Shown: positions 50,436-62,255 of the stretch, in pieces
How positions within the stretch are numbered: position 1 is the first letter of the stretch
How the letters are laid out: each line of letters begins with the position of its first letter
Origin: Dendrobates tinctorius
Lineage: Eukaryota
Length of the DNA: 64,000 bases
Assembly (NCBI RefSeq): GCF_039654945.1
Contig: NW_027361695.1
Location: forward strand, 17,422,001-17,486,000
Reading direction: 5' to 3'
Notes under the pieces: generated by a model
Databases searched by the model: none
The model's input: the letters and a program-made list of their open reading frames with translations, nothing else
What the model was told of the DNA's origin: nothing
Program-made: the position numbers and the translations under genes

Positions 50436-51037
50436 TAACCATACACTACCATTAATCATAAGATATAAACTGATCCTTTTAACACTATGATTTCCAACAT
50501 TCCGTGCAGATCTGTGATTTTCATTGCCATCCAAGCTCCATTTTCCTGATTCAGAGCTCCAAATGCACTGCACATTTCGCACGATCGTAAGCTCCCAACC
50601 AGTACTCTGTGTAACCCTGTTCATTGAAAACACAACATGACAGCAAATGCTCCTTTGATCACATGTTTTCTGCGGAAACTAAAAACATTGTTGGCAGCAC
50701 ATTGCAAAGGTGTTAACGAGTAGGTGCTGTCAACAATAATAAAACTTTAAGAGAACAAACCATCAAACTACTGATCTTTCCGTCACATCCAATGCAGATG
50801 ATTGTTTCATGGATAGGTGATAATTACTAGACTAAAACAGTGGATTTTTGTAACCCGTTGGTATGGAGAAATGGTCGAGTATGTGTGATGCCGCTCAATT
50901 CAATCTCTTTAGGACCAGAGATAGATTTCTATCAATGATGAGCAAATTTAATGAAATTCGAATATAGCAGTTTGCTCAACTTTGGCCTGGAAATTCCATT
51001 CACATTGAAAAAATTTGATACAAATTATGGTTTCTAA

Positions 51038-51272
51038 AGGCTCCCCATACACATTAGACTAATGTCATCTGAACCCGTCAATATCGATGGATTTGACCAA
51101 TGGTCTAATGCCGGCTGACTGATGATCAAGGTAGATGTCGATTGTGCATGTTGGATTTCGGACTGCCAAATGACTGCTTCTGTGCATGGAAGAGTCGGCT
51201 GAAATGGCGGCTGGACAAAAGATCGTCCGAAGCATGCTTCGACCAGTAGCCATCTAATGTCAATGGTGGGCT
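51038..51272. mobile_element. Harbinger-type MITE (family with decayed copies near 19440, 43520-43730, 46980, 54500-54780 and 59190)
   Basis: aggctccccatacacattaga...tctaatgtcaatggtgggct termini with TAA/TTA flanks. Confidence 0.55.
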
Positions 51273-52276
51273 TTATTGTGGCCTTGGATTTCTCCGGAGT
51301 GTAATAAACAAGGGTGAAAAAAAAAATATTAAAAATAATGCTCTCCTCTACCCTCACCTTGTGTTGATGGTCTTCTTCAGGCCACAGGTCTCAATAAATC
51401 TTCTGGCTCCCACTAGGCATAGTGACGTCATGACGTGCACCAGGCTGCAACATCATGATGTCACGAGGCTTAGAAGACCCAACGAGACCTGTGGCATGAA
51501 ATGAAAACCAGAATAAAGAGACCAAAAATAGGAGCCGCACACACAAGTTGAGGGCTGTGAATAAGTGAGTATTACCGTATTTTCTTTTTAATTTTTCTAA
51601 CCCTTCCCCAAAACTTTTTGGATCCAGCCATATGGCCATCATTTTGCTGGATTCACACAAATCAAACTTTCAGTCACAAACACTGCTTCATTCAAACAGC
51701 AATCGCAAATCCCCTTTTTTTTGGCACTTTGGAGAGGTCTTCGTACCCCCTTAATTCCTGTTACACCATTATATTAAACTGTAACTGTTCTAAAGATGCA
51801 GATACAGTTGAAAGTGTGACATGCCGCCTGAGATAGCTCCCCAAATCTGAGACTATCCTGCTGGATCTGGGACAGTTGAATGGCATGGGTTTCAATGCTC
51901 GGGCTCTCTTTGATTGAGTAGTTATCAATTATCCTTGGGAAAACCTTTTTTGGAAGGGTTAAAGGAGAAAGAATTGAGTTGGCTCATTGGAGTGGAGCCG
52001 TTGGGGATAAACCTTTTACGGTATGTCTATGCAGAAGATTTTTAGCTGTGTATCAGTATAGAGTACTTTGAGTATCCCCGGTCTCAGCTGGTAGGAGAAG
52101 ATATATTTTCTGGTCATGACAGTAGCTGAATGTCCAAGATATTGCAAAACCATAAGGTGCATTAAAGATGAATTGGAAGAATAAGAGAGCTTGCCCGAGA
52201 AAGTAACAATAATAAATGTGCTGAAAAGATGAAACTGAAAACACTGATAGGTAACATCTTCTTTTCTGTCACCCAG

Positions 52277-52380
52277 GGATTGGCTAAATGTATTCAGTCC
52301 TCCCATCATCCCAACGAGCCAGAATCAAAACGCAGATCCTTTACTCAAGCTGAAAGAATCCAGACTGAGCTGTAACGAAG
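52277..52380 (+). CDS. CFAP20DC: Next coding exon (104 nt, phase 2 in, phase 1 out) of CFAP20DC; probably the penultimate exon
   Basis: Acceptor cttttctgtcacccag| and donor aag|gtaaga. Joins the previous exon in frame (CG|G = Arg) to give RDWLNVFSPPIIPTSQ..., versus recalled human RDWLNMLSPPIVPPSQ. The expected last exon (LYDPCLNCYFDP) was not seen in the window. Confidence 0.85.
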
Positions 52381-55300
52381 GTAAGAGGCCTACAGTATCC
52401 AAAAGAAAAGAATCTGGGAAATAAGCAAGTTTATGAATTGAGGAACCTCAGGGATTCCTTTGGGAAATGTAGGAAATGTCAGCAGCTATATTACGTACAG
52501 TGTAGCCTGCTGTAATATCGGCTAACCACATGATCGGCCGCTCTCTTTCTGGAGATGGAAAATTCTCTGAGAGGGCTCATAAATCTTAGCCGTATGCCCA
52601 GAGCCCAAGGGATGGAGATGTCTTAGTGATGTACTACCAAAAGATATTAGACCTATGAAATTGGGAATCATATCAGCTATGTACAATTGTAATTGCCTAC
52701 GACAGGACAACAGAAATAGAGACTGGCAATCCCGGGTTTGAGTTTGCAAAATTGCTTGAAAATATTATATGAAAATACATTTACAGTACATATATATTGA
52801 ATAATATCTTGGTTATGGCTGGGAGCTCTTCTTCTCTTTATATTTTAATAATTTATAACTTAATAACATTAGGATGGGTTTTAGTACTTCAAAGAATACA
52901 TAATTCACACAAAATTTACCACTAAGACGCAAGCATTGGTAAAAAAAAAAGTCTAGTGGTACTGGCTAATATTGGTGGCTGAACCCCCAATGGGCATGGG
53001 AGAAGTTTAGTAAACCTCACCCTACTTCATCTTTAAGGGGGCAGTGAGATGGCCATATAAATCTGACGGAGTTCGGAACCCAAAGCTCGGACTGGCCGCA
53101 ACTTTCCCGAGCAGCATAGAAATACATGAAGCTGTCATACTTGGGTCAGGAGAGCCACCGGCCAGTCCGAGCATTGTGTTCCAATCTCCTTCTGATTAAC
53201 ATGGCCGTCCGACTGTGCCCTAATGGTTAATCTTCTGACGAGATAGAGCCACATTTAGATGAGTTAATCAGTGAAAGAGCTTTCGTAGGAACACTTTTTC
53301 CCAATTATTGTCCCATATAAACAGTAAAGTAATCACATTCGTTCATTGGGTGCCTTCATTTTTATGCATGCACAATAATTATCGTTATTGGCAGCACATG
53401 ACCCCATGTAAATGGGTGATGTGCTACCGATAGCATCATACTGGGAAAAGGAGGCTCGCATTACTTCACCACCGCCCCCCTCGTCCGCTATGGGACTGCC
53501 AAGAAAAGTCGAGCGCTGTTCTCAGCTATCTCCAGTAGTCCCATAAATAATGAATGGACCAGAAGTGTTTGTCTGGACACTGTTCCATTCACGTGGGTCC
53601 AGCAGAACCCTGTTCTCAGGCTCGGGATAGATGATAACTTGCAACAATCGAAATGACCCTTTATTAAACAGAGCACAAACTAGAACATCCCGTTTCACAT
53701 ACCTATGGAGGGTCAAAAGTTTCATAAAACAAGTATTTCTCTTTGAACGCTTCTTCAGGTCTGAGCCGTCTCCTCTTTATAGAGTGAATATATTTGCAAT
53801 TATGAGTGTTCAAGGGCGCCATTTGCATATCGGTTGCGTTTACAGCCATTTCTGTGATAAACAATGAACATGGTTGAGTGATGAAAGCCCTATACGTTCA
53901 CCTTCCTTCATGTTTAATGTGTGTTGAAATGCCCAATTGCGGAAACAAAAAGTATTCCACTGAGTTACTATGATTTATCGACCTTTAAATGCCATCTACT
54001 CCGATGTTATTCCGTTATTTCCCATTGCCGGAGCGGCTTCTGTAGCGTACACATAAGGTAATAGCAAGCAATGATTTAACAGTCAATAATACAGCAATCT
54101 TCACTCTTCACCAGATTTAAAAGGCCATGTAGACCCTTATATATAATAGAAGCAAATGTAGCTGTGACATTTGTAAAAGGTTAATTTAAAGTAGCTAGAT
54201 CTATGCCACGCCACATTTTAAGCAATCCTCTGAATAAGTAGCTCCTCGATGCAAGCGAAATACTTATTGATTTACATTGTCATATGACGTCGTAGTCAGA
54301 GATTATTAATAAGTTATTGAAGAACCTTTCACCCTAGAAATAACCTTCAATCCTGGGTCTTTGTGTTGTGCACAACCATTCAGGTCAGAGGCATAGACAG
54401 AAATCAAAGAAATTGAGAGAAAAATGTTGTATGGTTCCTGAAAGGCTCCAAGGTCTCTTTTTCTAAGGTGAGGAGCTGCATACACAATTGATAGCTGGTT
54501 TGTCTGATCGTTTGGCCAGTGACTTTCTCACCTCAATCCTCCATACATGTGAGTCTCAAGCTCTTTTGTGTTCTCTATGAAAGCGCTACTGTCAGTCACC
54601 TCTGGTGGAAGCCTATCTTGACGAGAACAAAAGGATCGGGATTCCGAAATTGGACATTCCGGTTCCTTTTCTGCTACAACATCATCTTGGAGAGTCAGAA
54701 CATCCCAATATACATTAGATTGTTGGCCAAGAACACCAAGATTCGGGGACTCAGATCACATTAGTCTTATGTGTATGGAGGACTTTATACAAAATCTGGA
54801 GGCAAATGCTGTTGGACTGTGCAAATGGTGGATCTCTGCTACCCTTGAACTTATTGGTACATTAAAAAAGGTCTTTATGGTGTGGTCCTTCTAGTGGTGG
54901 CTAAAGATAATCATATCACACTTTAACAGAAGGAGCCATGAGCCATAATAATTCCACATTCTGCCTCTATGTTATACTTTCAAACTTTGGCAAATGTTCT
55001 TCGGGGAGTTTGGCACACACAGAAAGTTTTTATCCTATAACCACACCTTGGTTCGGGCCATAATTGTTCCATTCCCTTTCATGCCTCTTCCATGCCCATT
55101 GAATGTGTGTATGGACTCTAGGACTCCTTTATGAAATTGAGCATCCAGGTGTCAGGTATAGGAAGACCTTCAAAAACGCTGCTCTCTAAGAGGTTTTGAG
55201 ATGATTCAGCATGCGCAAGGCAGAATCATGAGTGCTGAGTCTTCAAACTGCTCACAATGGAAAGTTTTTGTCCCATGATGTTTTAGGCCATACCATTTCC

Positions 55301-57313
55301 ACTCCCTTAAACACTTCTTCCATGCTCCCTTGAATGTGTGTTTGGACTCCAAGGCTAAATCATGACTTGGAGCATCAAGGTGTCAACCATAAGAAACCTT
55401 TCCGAAATGCTTCTTCTAAGAAGTTTTGAGAGATTTTAGCATGCACAGTGGAGATTCACTAACTCAATCGGGAGTCCATGTCAGTGTCGGGAGTCAGTGG
55501 AGATTTGCTAACTCAATCGGGAGTCCGCGAGGTCTCCCTTTTTTCCAGAACTTAATGGACATTTTGGAAGGGTTGGCAAGTGTGCTCCATTGCAGAGCAG
55601 GACCACAACTGGTGTCACCTCTGATGATCATTATAGGGATGTAAGAAGGTACAGACAGTCCTGTAAATACAGGCTTAAAAAAGGGCCTGATTTCAGCCAA
55701 AACATTATGTGAACTTTGTGAATTTTTTTTTGCTTTCAAGTCTGCATTAAATAACTATATAAAAATCTTCCAATGAGTTGGTAACGTATAGTTTTGTTCG
55801 CTTTGCCTCTAAGTGATCTGAAGTCTGTCAATGTGTTTTTCCGACTAAATTTTCCATTTATAGTGAGATTCTGCAGCTGTATGTGACCCGAGACTCTCAC
55901 TTATGTAATTGGGAAAGTTATGACTTTCTAGATTGAAGGGTTATTGCCAATAAAATCAAGGACCATCAGGTTCTGGGATCATCACTTGACCTTACTGTTC
56001 CCCCTACAAATGATATGCTACTACTAGCTGGCAGCTGTGCCAGTGGAGAATCACCTTGCCCCTGGCACACATGAGTTATGTTGTCGTTCCCTATCTGATC
56101 TTATTGGCAGTTAATATTGCTGTCAATAAAATATCGCCTGGGAAGTAATTGTTGTTCTCCATTCTTGTGCCCACCTGTGTTCCAGTTATTAGTTCTGAGA
56201 TTTCATCTTGCTCGGTTGATGTAATACCCGGCATTGACAAGATGAGCTCAAAGTATCATTGTAATAAACACGAGTACACATGTCCTGGCGATTATAATAC
56301 ATGTGGTGGAAAGAGTGGATGGGGAATCGTTCTGTGTTTGGCAATATGAACTGAAAGGAAACAGAAATTGTGAGTTTTATAAAAGAATATATGTCGAGAC
56401 GATATTCCAACGTATGCCTGTATCAGAAGGCTCCGACGTATGCCACTCTATGGGCATATAGGCTCCCATTTTAAAATAAGCACGCTTTTTTGGCATCTGT
56501 TAGGTTAATTTGGGCTTATAGATTTTTTTTTGTATATGTCATGAGTGCATATGCCAAACATACATTTTAGACGCAGTGTGAACAGAGCCCTAAATAGATT
56601 TTCTGGGGTCATCTGTAGATTTTTTTAATTGGAAAAAAATTAATAGTAGAGCTATTAGGTCTTTTTTTATTTTGGGGGAAAGAAATTGTGGATTTTTTGT
56701 GGGGGGTGCTGTAATACACCTGCCTATTTTTTTCACTTCCATGAGACAAGAAAGTTTTCAAGGAATTTTCATAGTCTCTTTTAACCCGTGGAGACGTGAC
56801 CATATGTGGCCATAAGTCATAAAATAAGTCATCACCACTGGAGCCACTTTTGGAGCATTGTTTATAGGGCATTTTTACCCATTAGAAGGACTCACAACCT
56901 GGGAAAAATCGAACTTAGAAAACACTGTCATGGGGCACTGTGTATGAGGAAACCAGACATTGGTAATAAGGGTAAAGTTTATACAGGCAATAGGGATTAG
57001 CGAAAGTACTCGGTAATACTGGGATATCTGGGTGCTCGGACGTGCTTGGCGCTGGTTGAGCTTTAGCTGGTGGTCAGATTTGAAGCTTGAATCCCCACCC
57101 CACATGTTTGGCTCCTGTTACGCAGCCAATAAGCATGTGGCGATTGCCTGCCAGTCACTGTAATGCCATAGCCATCTTCGTAGTGGCATTACTGTGATTG
57201 GCTGGCCTCATGACCACATCACAGGTTATAAAAGGACAGGCACAGCCCGGATCAGCACACTGACGCCATTGCACAGCTCTGTGACAGTTGTTATTGGAAG
57301 GAGAGAGTGTTTG

Positions 57314-58065
57314 TGTTACCACGGCGGGTCGGGTGAGGAAAATCTCCAGGAGTGGACACTCTGGATCATGGCACCGAGGGGCCCCGGGCGAGCTGCCAGG
57401 TGGAGCCGACCCCTATACAGGGATCGTTAGGAGCAGGCCCAGGAGTTCGGGAACCACGATAGCCGGTACAGAGAGGGGCGGCTCAGAGTGGACTGGAGTA
57501 GGAGCACGAGACTGTAGAAGATACGACCAGAGTGGGGTTGTGGGACTGGAGCATAGACAGCAGGACGGAGCAGGATAACTGCAGACAGGACCGGAGTAGG
57601 ACTGCAGGGCTGGAGCATAGATAGCAGGACGGAGCAGGAACATGGGAGGCAGGACTGGACTAGGACTGCAGGGCTGGAGCATAGATAGCAGGCTGGAGCA
57701 GGAACCACGGAGTGCAGGACTGTGAGACTGCGGCAGGAACCACGGAGTACAGGACTGAGAGACTGCGGCAGGAACATAAGGAAGCAGGACCTAGTGTGCT
57801 AGCAAACACAACGATCAGGCACCTCCCTCAAAGGAGTACGGCCTAATATGCCCCTGTCTGGACTGCCATTGGTCCGGTGGTGCTTCCGGGTCAGGGCATT
57901 GCCAGAGCATAAGTGACAAGAGGGAGCCGCGGCCTATGGCGCATGCACATTGCATGCAGAGACGCCGTCAGCCGCGGACCTGTCAGAAGGGACCACCGTG
58001 GATGTCGGACGGGGGGCTGCGGCGCGGGAGTGGAGACCGGGTGAGTATGCAGTGGTGGCATGACA
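57314..58065. mobile_element. Solo LTR nested in an older hAT-type element that begins near 56991
   Basis: tgttaccac...gtggcatgaca termini; perfect 5-bp TSD GTTTG; internal purine-rich tandem repeats. Confidence 0.8.
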
Positions 58066-58369
58066 GTTTGTCCAGGTGTGTGTGTGCACAGTTTAACGAA
58101 TCAGAGTCCTGTAGCGTTGATACTGGTGCTGAAGCTGAGCCATCATACTAACAGTCCTTTTAAGGGCTAATTGTGTGCCTTGCTGTTTGTATAAGATACA
58201 TTCTGCATTTAACCTAGGGGGGAGAGAGAATTGCAGGAGCAGGCAGAGTGGCTGAATTCAGTCTCTAGGCAGGGATTAGGGCTTTGCAGTCCGTTGCTAA
58301 ATACATATCTGCGGCAGTTGATCACATTTTTCTTTTTTTGGGGGGGTTTGAAAAAATTTACTATATTGT

Positions 58370-59010
58370 CATCCATAGAGTATTACGCACTTTGTAGTAC
58401 ATTTCTGTGTTATATAACACTTCAACAAAGCGTTGAAACATTTTTCTGTATTCAATTACTCACCCATATACTATTGCGTGCTCTGTGGTATATTTCGGTG
58501 TTATATGACAGCCAAAAAAAAGCGTTGAAAATTTTTTCTGTTTTCAATTACTGTACTCATCCATGTACTATTACGTGCTCTATAGCACAATTTGGTGTTA
58601 TATAACAGTTCAAAAATGCTTTTAAAAAATTTTCTGTAGTCAATTACTGAGCCTGTAATACCCTATGGATAAGTAATTGAATACAGAAAAAAATCAATGC
58701 TTTTTTGGAGTGTTATTTAACACTGACATGTACAACAGAGCATATGATAGTATATGAATGAGCAATTGAATGCAGAAACATTTTTTCAATGCTTTTTTGG
58801 ACTGTTATATAACACCGAAATGTACCACACAGCACGTAATAGTACATGGATGAGTAAGTTAATACAGAAAAATGTTTCAACGCTTTTTGGGAGTGTTATA
58901 TGACACTGATTGAAATGTATCACAAGGCACAAAATAGTTTATGAATGAGCAATAGAATACAAATTTTCAACTCTTTTTTGGACTGTTATGTAACTCCAAA
59001 ATATACCACA
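58370..59010. repeat. ~95-100-bp unit tandem arrays arranged as an inverted pair
   Basis: Units ttcaattactca...gtgttatataac...aagcgttgaaa run forward to about 58650 and in reverse complement from about 58670. Confidence 0.7.
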
Positions 59011-61161
59011 TAGCATTGCTGTCATTGCTAATGTGGGAACTAATAGACTAACTCTTTTTGCTATTGATGGGTATTATGGGGCATAAGGTCAACATCTGAA
59101 AGTGGGTTCTGTCTTCAGAACTTGCCAACTAAGTAATATAACATTTGTAAGTTGGTTGAATCCACCACTTTTGGTGGCATTTAAGGTGTATGTGGGTTTC
59201 CCAAATGCCAACAGATTATATCAGGAGAGAATAAGGATCGAGTGATTGGAATTCAATCTCCCAATCCTTTTGTTCAACGGGGAGATAAGCTTCTGACAGA
59301 TGATTTTGGCAGTGGATTTTTCATTTAGAACAAAGGAACACTCAACAGAGCCAATCGTCCCTGAGTATTGGGGATTTAGGAGAGATAGCTGTCCGCCGTT
59401 TCGAGTGTGCAGACTACAGCTCTCTAAGATGTCCATTGTGACATCTGTGTCATCGCCTGCCCTTCCTGCCTCTGCTTTTGTTGCAAAGAGGCACCACGTC
59501 CTTGTTACAGGTGACATATGGCGATAGTACTAGTTTTGTGTTTTTTACCTCAGCTTGATTTTTAACTATTTTTTTTCTTTATGATTTTGTCCCTACACCG
59601 ACCTCCTGATTCTGACCCATCTATTCGACTATTCTCTTGCCTCTGGTCCTCTCTTCTGGATAGAAGCTCTTCCATAGAAGCAATCCAGTGAACCCCATTT
59701 TAAGTCCAGATCTCCATACAGGAGTTAAAGGCCAATGTTCCTCTGGAATTTACCTGATGGAGTGGCTTGCGCCAAGTCTGTCTCATGTAGCCATTTTGAG
59801 TCTGCGGCCCCTGACAGACGTAGTATTCAGCTTATGACTTTTTTTTTACCTGTGGTTTAGCTGTTTAAACATCTGAACTCATCCTTTCCTACATCCCTCC
59901 CGGAAGGTCAGTCTTGACTCCCATTGCTGCACCGACATGACCAGAATCATGAGCAGCAACTGGAAACCAGCGGGTCTGTGAGTTCGGTGTCTCTGTGGTC
60001 GTCTAGTAATAGATACTCGGCTTGTGTTTTCTCATGAATATTACTTTGCATTCTGATCCCATTTATTAACATTTCAGAATTTGAATATATCAATGAAATA
60101 ATTAAAACAAAATGCATTATTAATTCCAAACTGACTCAAGAGATACAAAACTCATTACTTGGCTAATTACAGATCTAAATAAAATATCTCAGAACATTTA
60201 TTGTTTGACTGAACATTTTCATCTCCTTTAAGGATAGCGAACAGAAGGTTAACACGAAAATAACCTTCGATATACAGTATGACAGGCGTATGGTGTTATT
60301 GTGGCCGCCTTCAGGCCAAATAAAGTTGCGCTCTTCTTCTTTAAAGCAATACCAGGCAGACAAGATACACTTGTGATGCCTAGAATGTGATCTTAAGGAT
60401 AGTGCAGTGTTTCCTTAAAGGGAATCTGTCAGTAGGATCGTCCCCCCCAGGCCGTCTATATGGGCATATAGATCATAGAAGGTTGAATAAAATGATACCT
60501 TGATATTTGCAATCTGATGTCTTATTCCACAGAAATCCACGTTTTTCTTATATGTAAATGACCTCTTCCAGGCTATGGGGAGGATGTTGCCTGGAATATA
60601 ACTCTGCCTCCAAAGCTTATTTTAGATGGTGGAGTTACCAGTGTGAGACAAGTAACTAACGTAGAACAGAAGAAATTAAATTTGTTTTCTTTCAAACACA
60701 TTTGCTGCAGCTCTCACAGCTCTGCTGTGTTGCAACAATATGGAAATCTTGTCTGCCTGTAAGATGGAAGCTGAAGCTGAGAGGAAACTACAGATGTGTC
60801 AGTTATAATCACACACAGCTCTGCAGTGAGATCAGGAGAGCAGAGAGCCGCCATTACACATCCCACTGGTAACAAGGGTAACCATTACATATCACACTGG
60901 TAACACCGGTAACTCGGTAAGCATTATACCTCGCAGTGGTAAAACTGGTAACCATTACATATCATACTGGTAATGCCCGTTCATGTCAAATAAGCTCTGG
61001 AGGAAGAGTTATCTTCCAGGAAACATTCTCCTCATAGACTGGAAGAGGTCATTTATAAAAAGTTATAAAAGATGATTAATCCACAACAAGCCATCTTATA
61101 TGAGACACACAGGGAGGTTTTTTTCAGAAGTGTATAACTTGTATGCCCATATTAATAGTTT

Positions 61162-61583
61162 AGTTCCTTTGGGATAAATATTTAGGCTTACTGTGCGCTG
61201 CTGAGATCAGGATAAAGTCACCACATGAGAATCTTTTTAACTCTTTATTCCCAATGCGTTTCAAAGTGAAAAGCCACTTCTTCTTCAGGGGATGACATAT
61301 GATATGTCATCCCCTGAAGAAGAAGTGGCTTTTCACTTTGAAACGCGTTGGGAATAAAGAGTTAAAAAGATTCTCATGTGGTGACTTTATCCTGATCTCA
61401 GCAGCGCACAGTAAGCCTAAATATTTATCCCAAAGGAACTATATTGGCTCGGGCGTGCAGCAGGCTGACATTGATTTACATGCGTTTGTTCGTTCGTGGA
61501 AAGGTGAGTAGATTCCATTCGAATTTATTCTATCTTCCACCCAGATAAGACCCTATTGCGCTCTTTCCTTTTCAGTTTTATCT
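61162..61583 (+). mobile_element. Young Penelope-like element fragment (inverted pLTR pair)
   Basis: 14-bp direct repeat catattaatagttt at 61148-61161 and 61584-61597; 140-bp inverted arms; hammerhead core followed by AATAAA; a 72-nt GT-AG intron-like segment at 61504-61575. Confidence 0.85.
61310..61353 (+). ncRNA. Minimal type I hammerhead ribozyme
   Basis: Stem I UCCC/GGGA; core CUGAAGA (61314-20) plus one extra A; stem II GAAGUG-gcuuuu-CACUUU; GAAAC (61340-44); palindromic stem III ACGCGU; predicted cleavage after GUU at 61349. Confidence 0.8.
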
Positions 61584-62255
61584 CATATTAATAGTTTGGA
61601 TAGGTCAAATGTGATTCCCTTCAAGAGCATTTACCAGCAGAAGACTCAGATAAAAACACCGTCCATCTAATATATACAGTATATAGATGGCTTAACATGT
61701 CCTGTTTGTAACCGAAATTCTGCCACTGTGTGAGTGAAAAACGCCATGACATGCTACAGCATTTATGGATGTGGGCGAATAGAGTGGGACTTGGGTCCTA
61801 ATCGTTTATACTGTAGATGACACTGTGGCCCCTACTCACCAGCCGGGTGGGGGCAGTTGAGGGACAATGATGCCATGCCATCCCCTCTCCAGTGTAGTTG
61901 AGAGTGGGTCCTGCTACAGTCACAGTTGGCGCCCATATCGAAGCGCTGTGCAAGAATGTACAGTGTAACATGGGTGGTACCGAGCTGGGGGGCACTGGCC
62001 ACATCACGCTTTAGCTGTGCTATGCTGAGCATTGTAATGGCGAGCGACTCCCCTGCACTAACCTGCGCATTTGGCTCAGCTGCTTCTGCTTCGCCAACCT
62101 GTGACCGGCTGCTTCTACTGCATTCACCGCACACATCGAAGAACTGTACAGAGATTACCACGTCACGTGGGCAGTACCGAGCCGTGGGTTTTGGCGCTCA
62201 ATTACTTCTGTGCACACCGGTTCCTACTGCATTCAGAGCCCATTCGAAGTGCTAT

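Larger units (their letters stand above)
60419..61620. mobile_element. TTAA-class MITE with an internal minisatellite, interrupted near its right end by the Penelope-like insertion
   Basis: ttaa|agggaatc...gattccct|tcaa termini; accattacatatcacactggtaac repeats at 60850-60975. Confidence 0.7.

Noticed and set aside
60233-60376. Plus-strand acceptor and short ORF as a possible last CFAP20DC exon
   Set aside because: In the required phase it stops immediately (GGA TAG) and lacks the LYDPCLNCYFDP motif.
61830-62255. Possible hAT transposase remnant on the minus strand (LKRDVA...TLYIL resembles CDVxTRWNSTLxML)
   Set aside because: Too degraded to support without a profile search.
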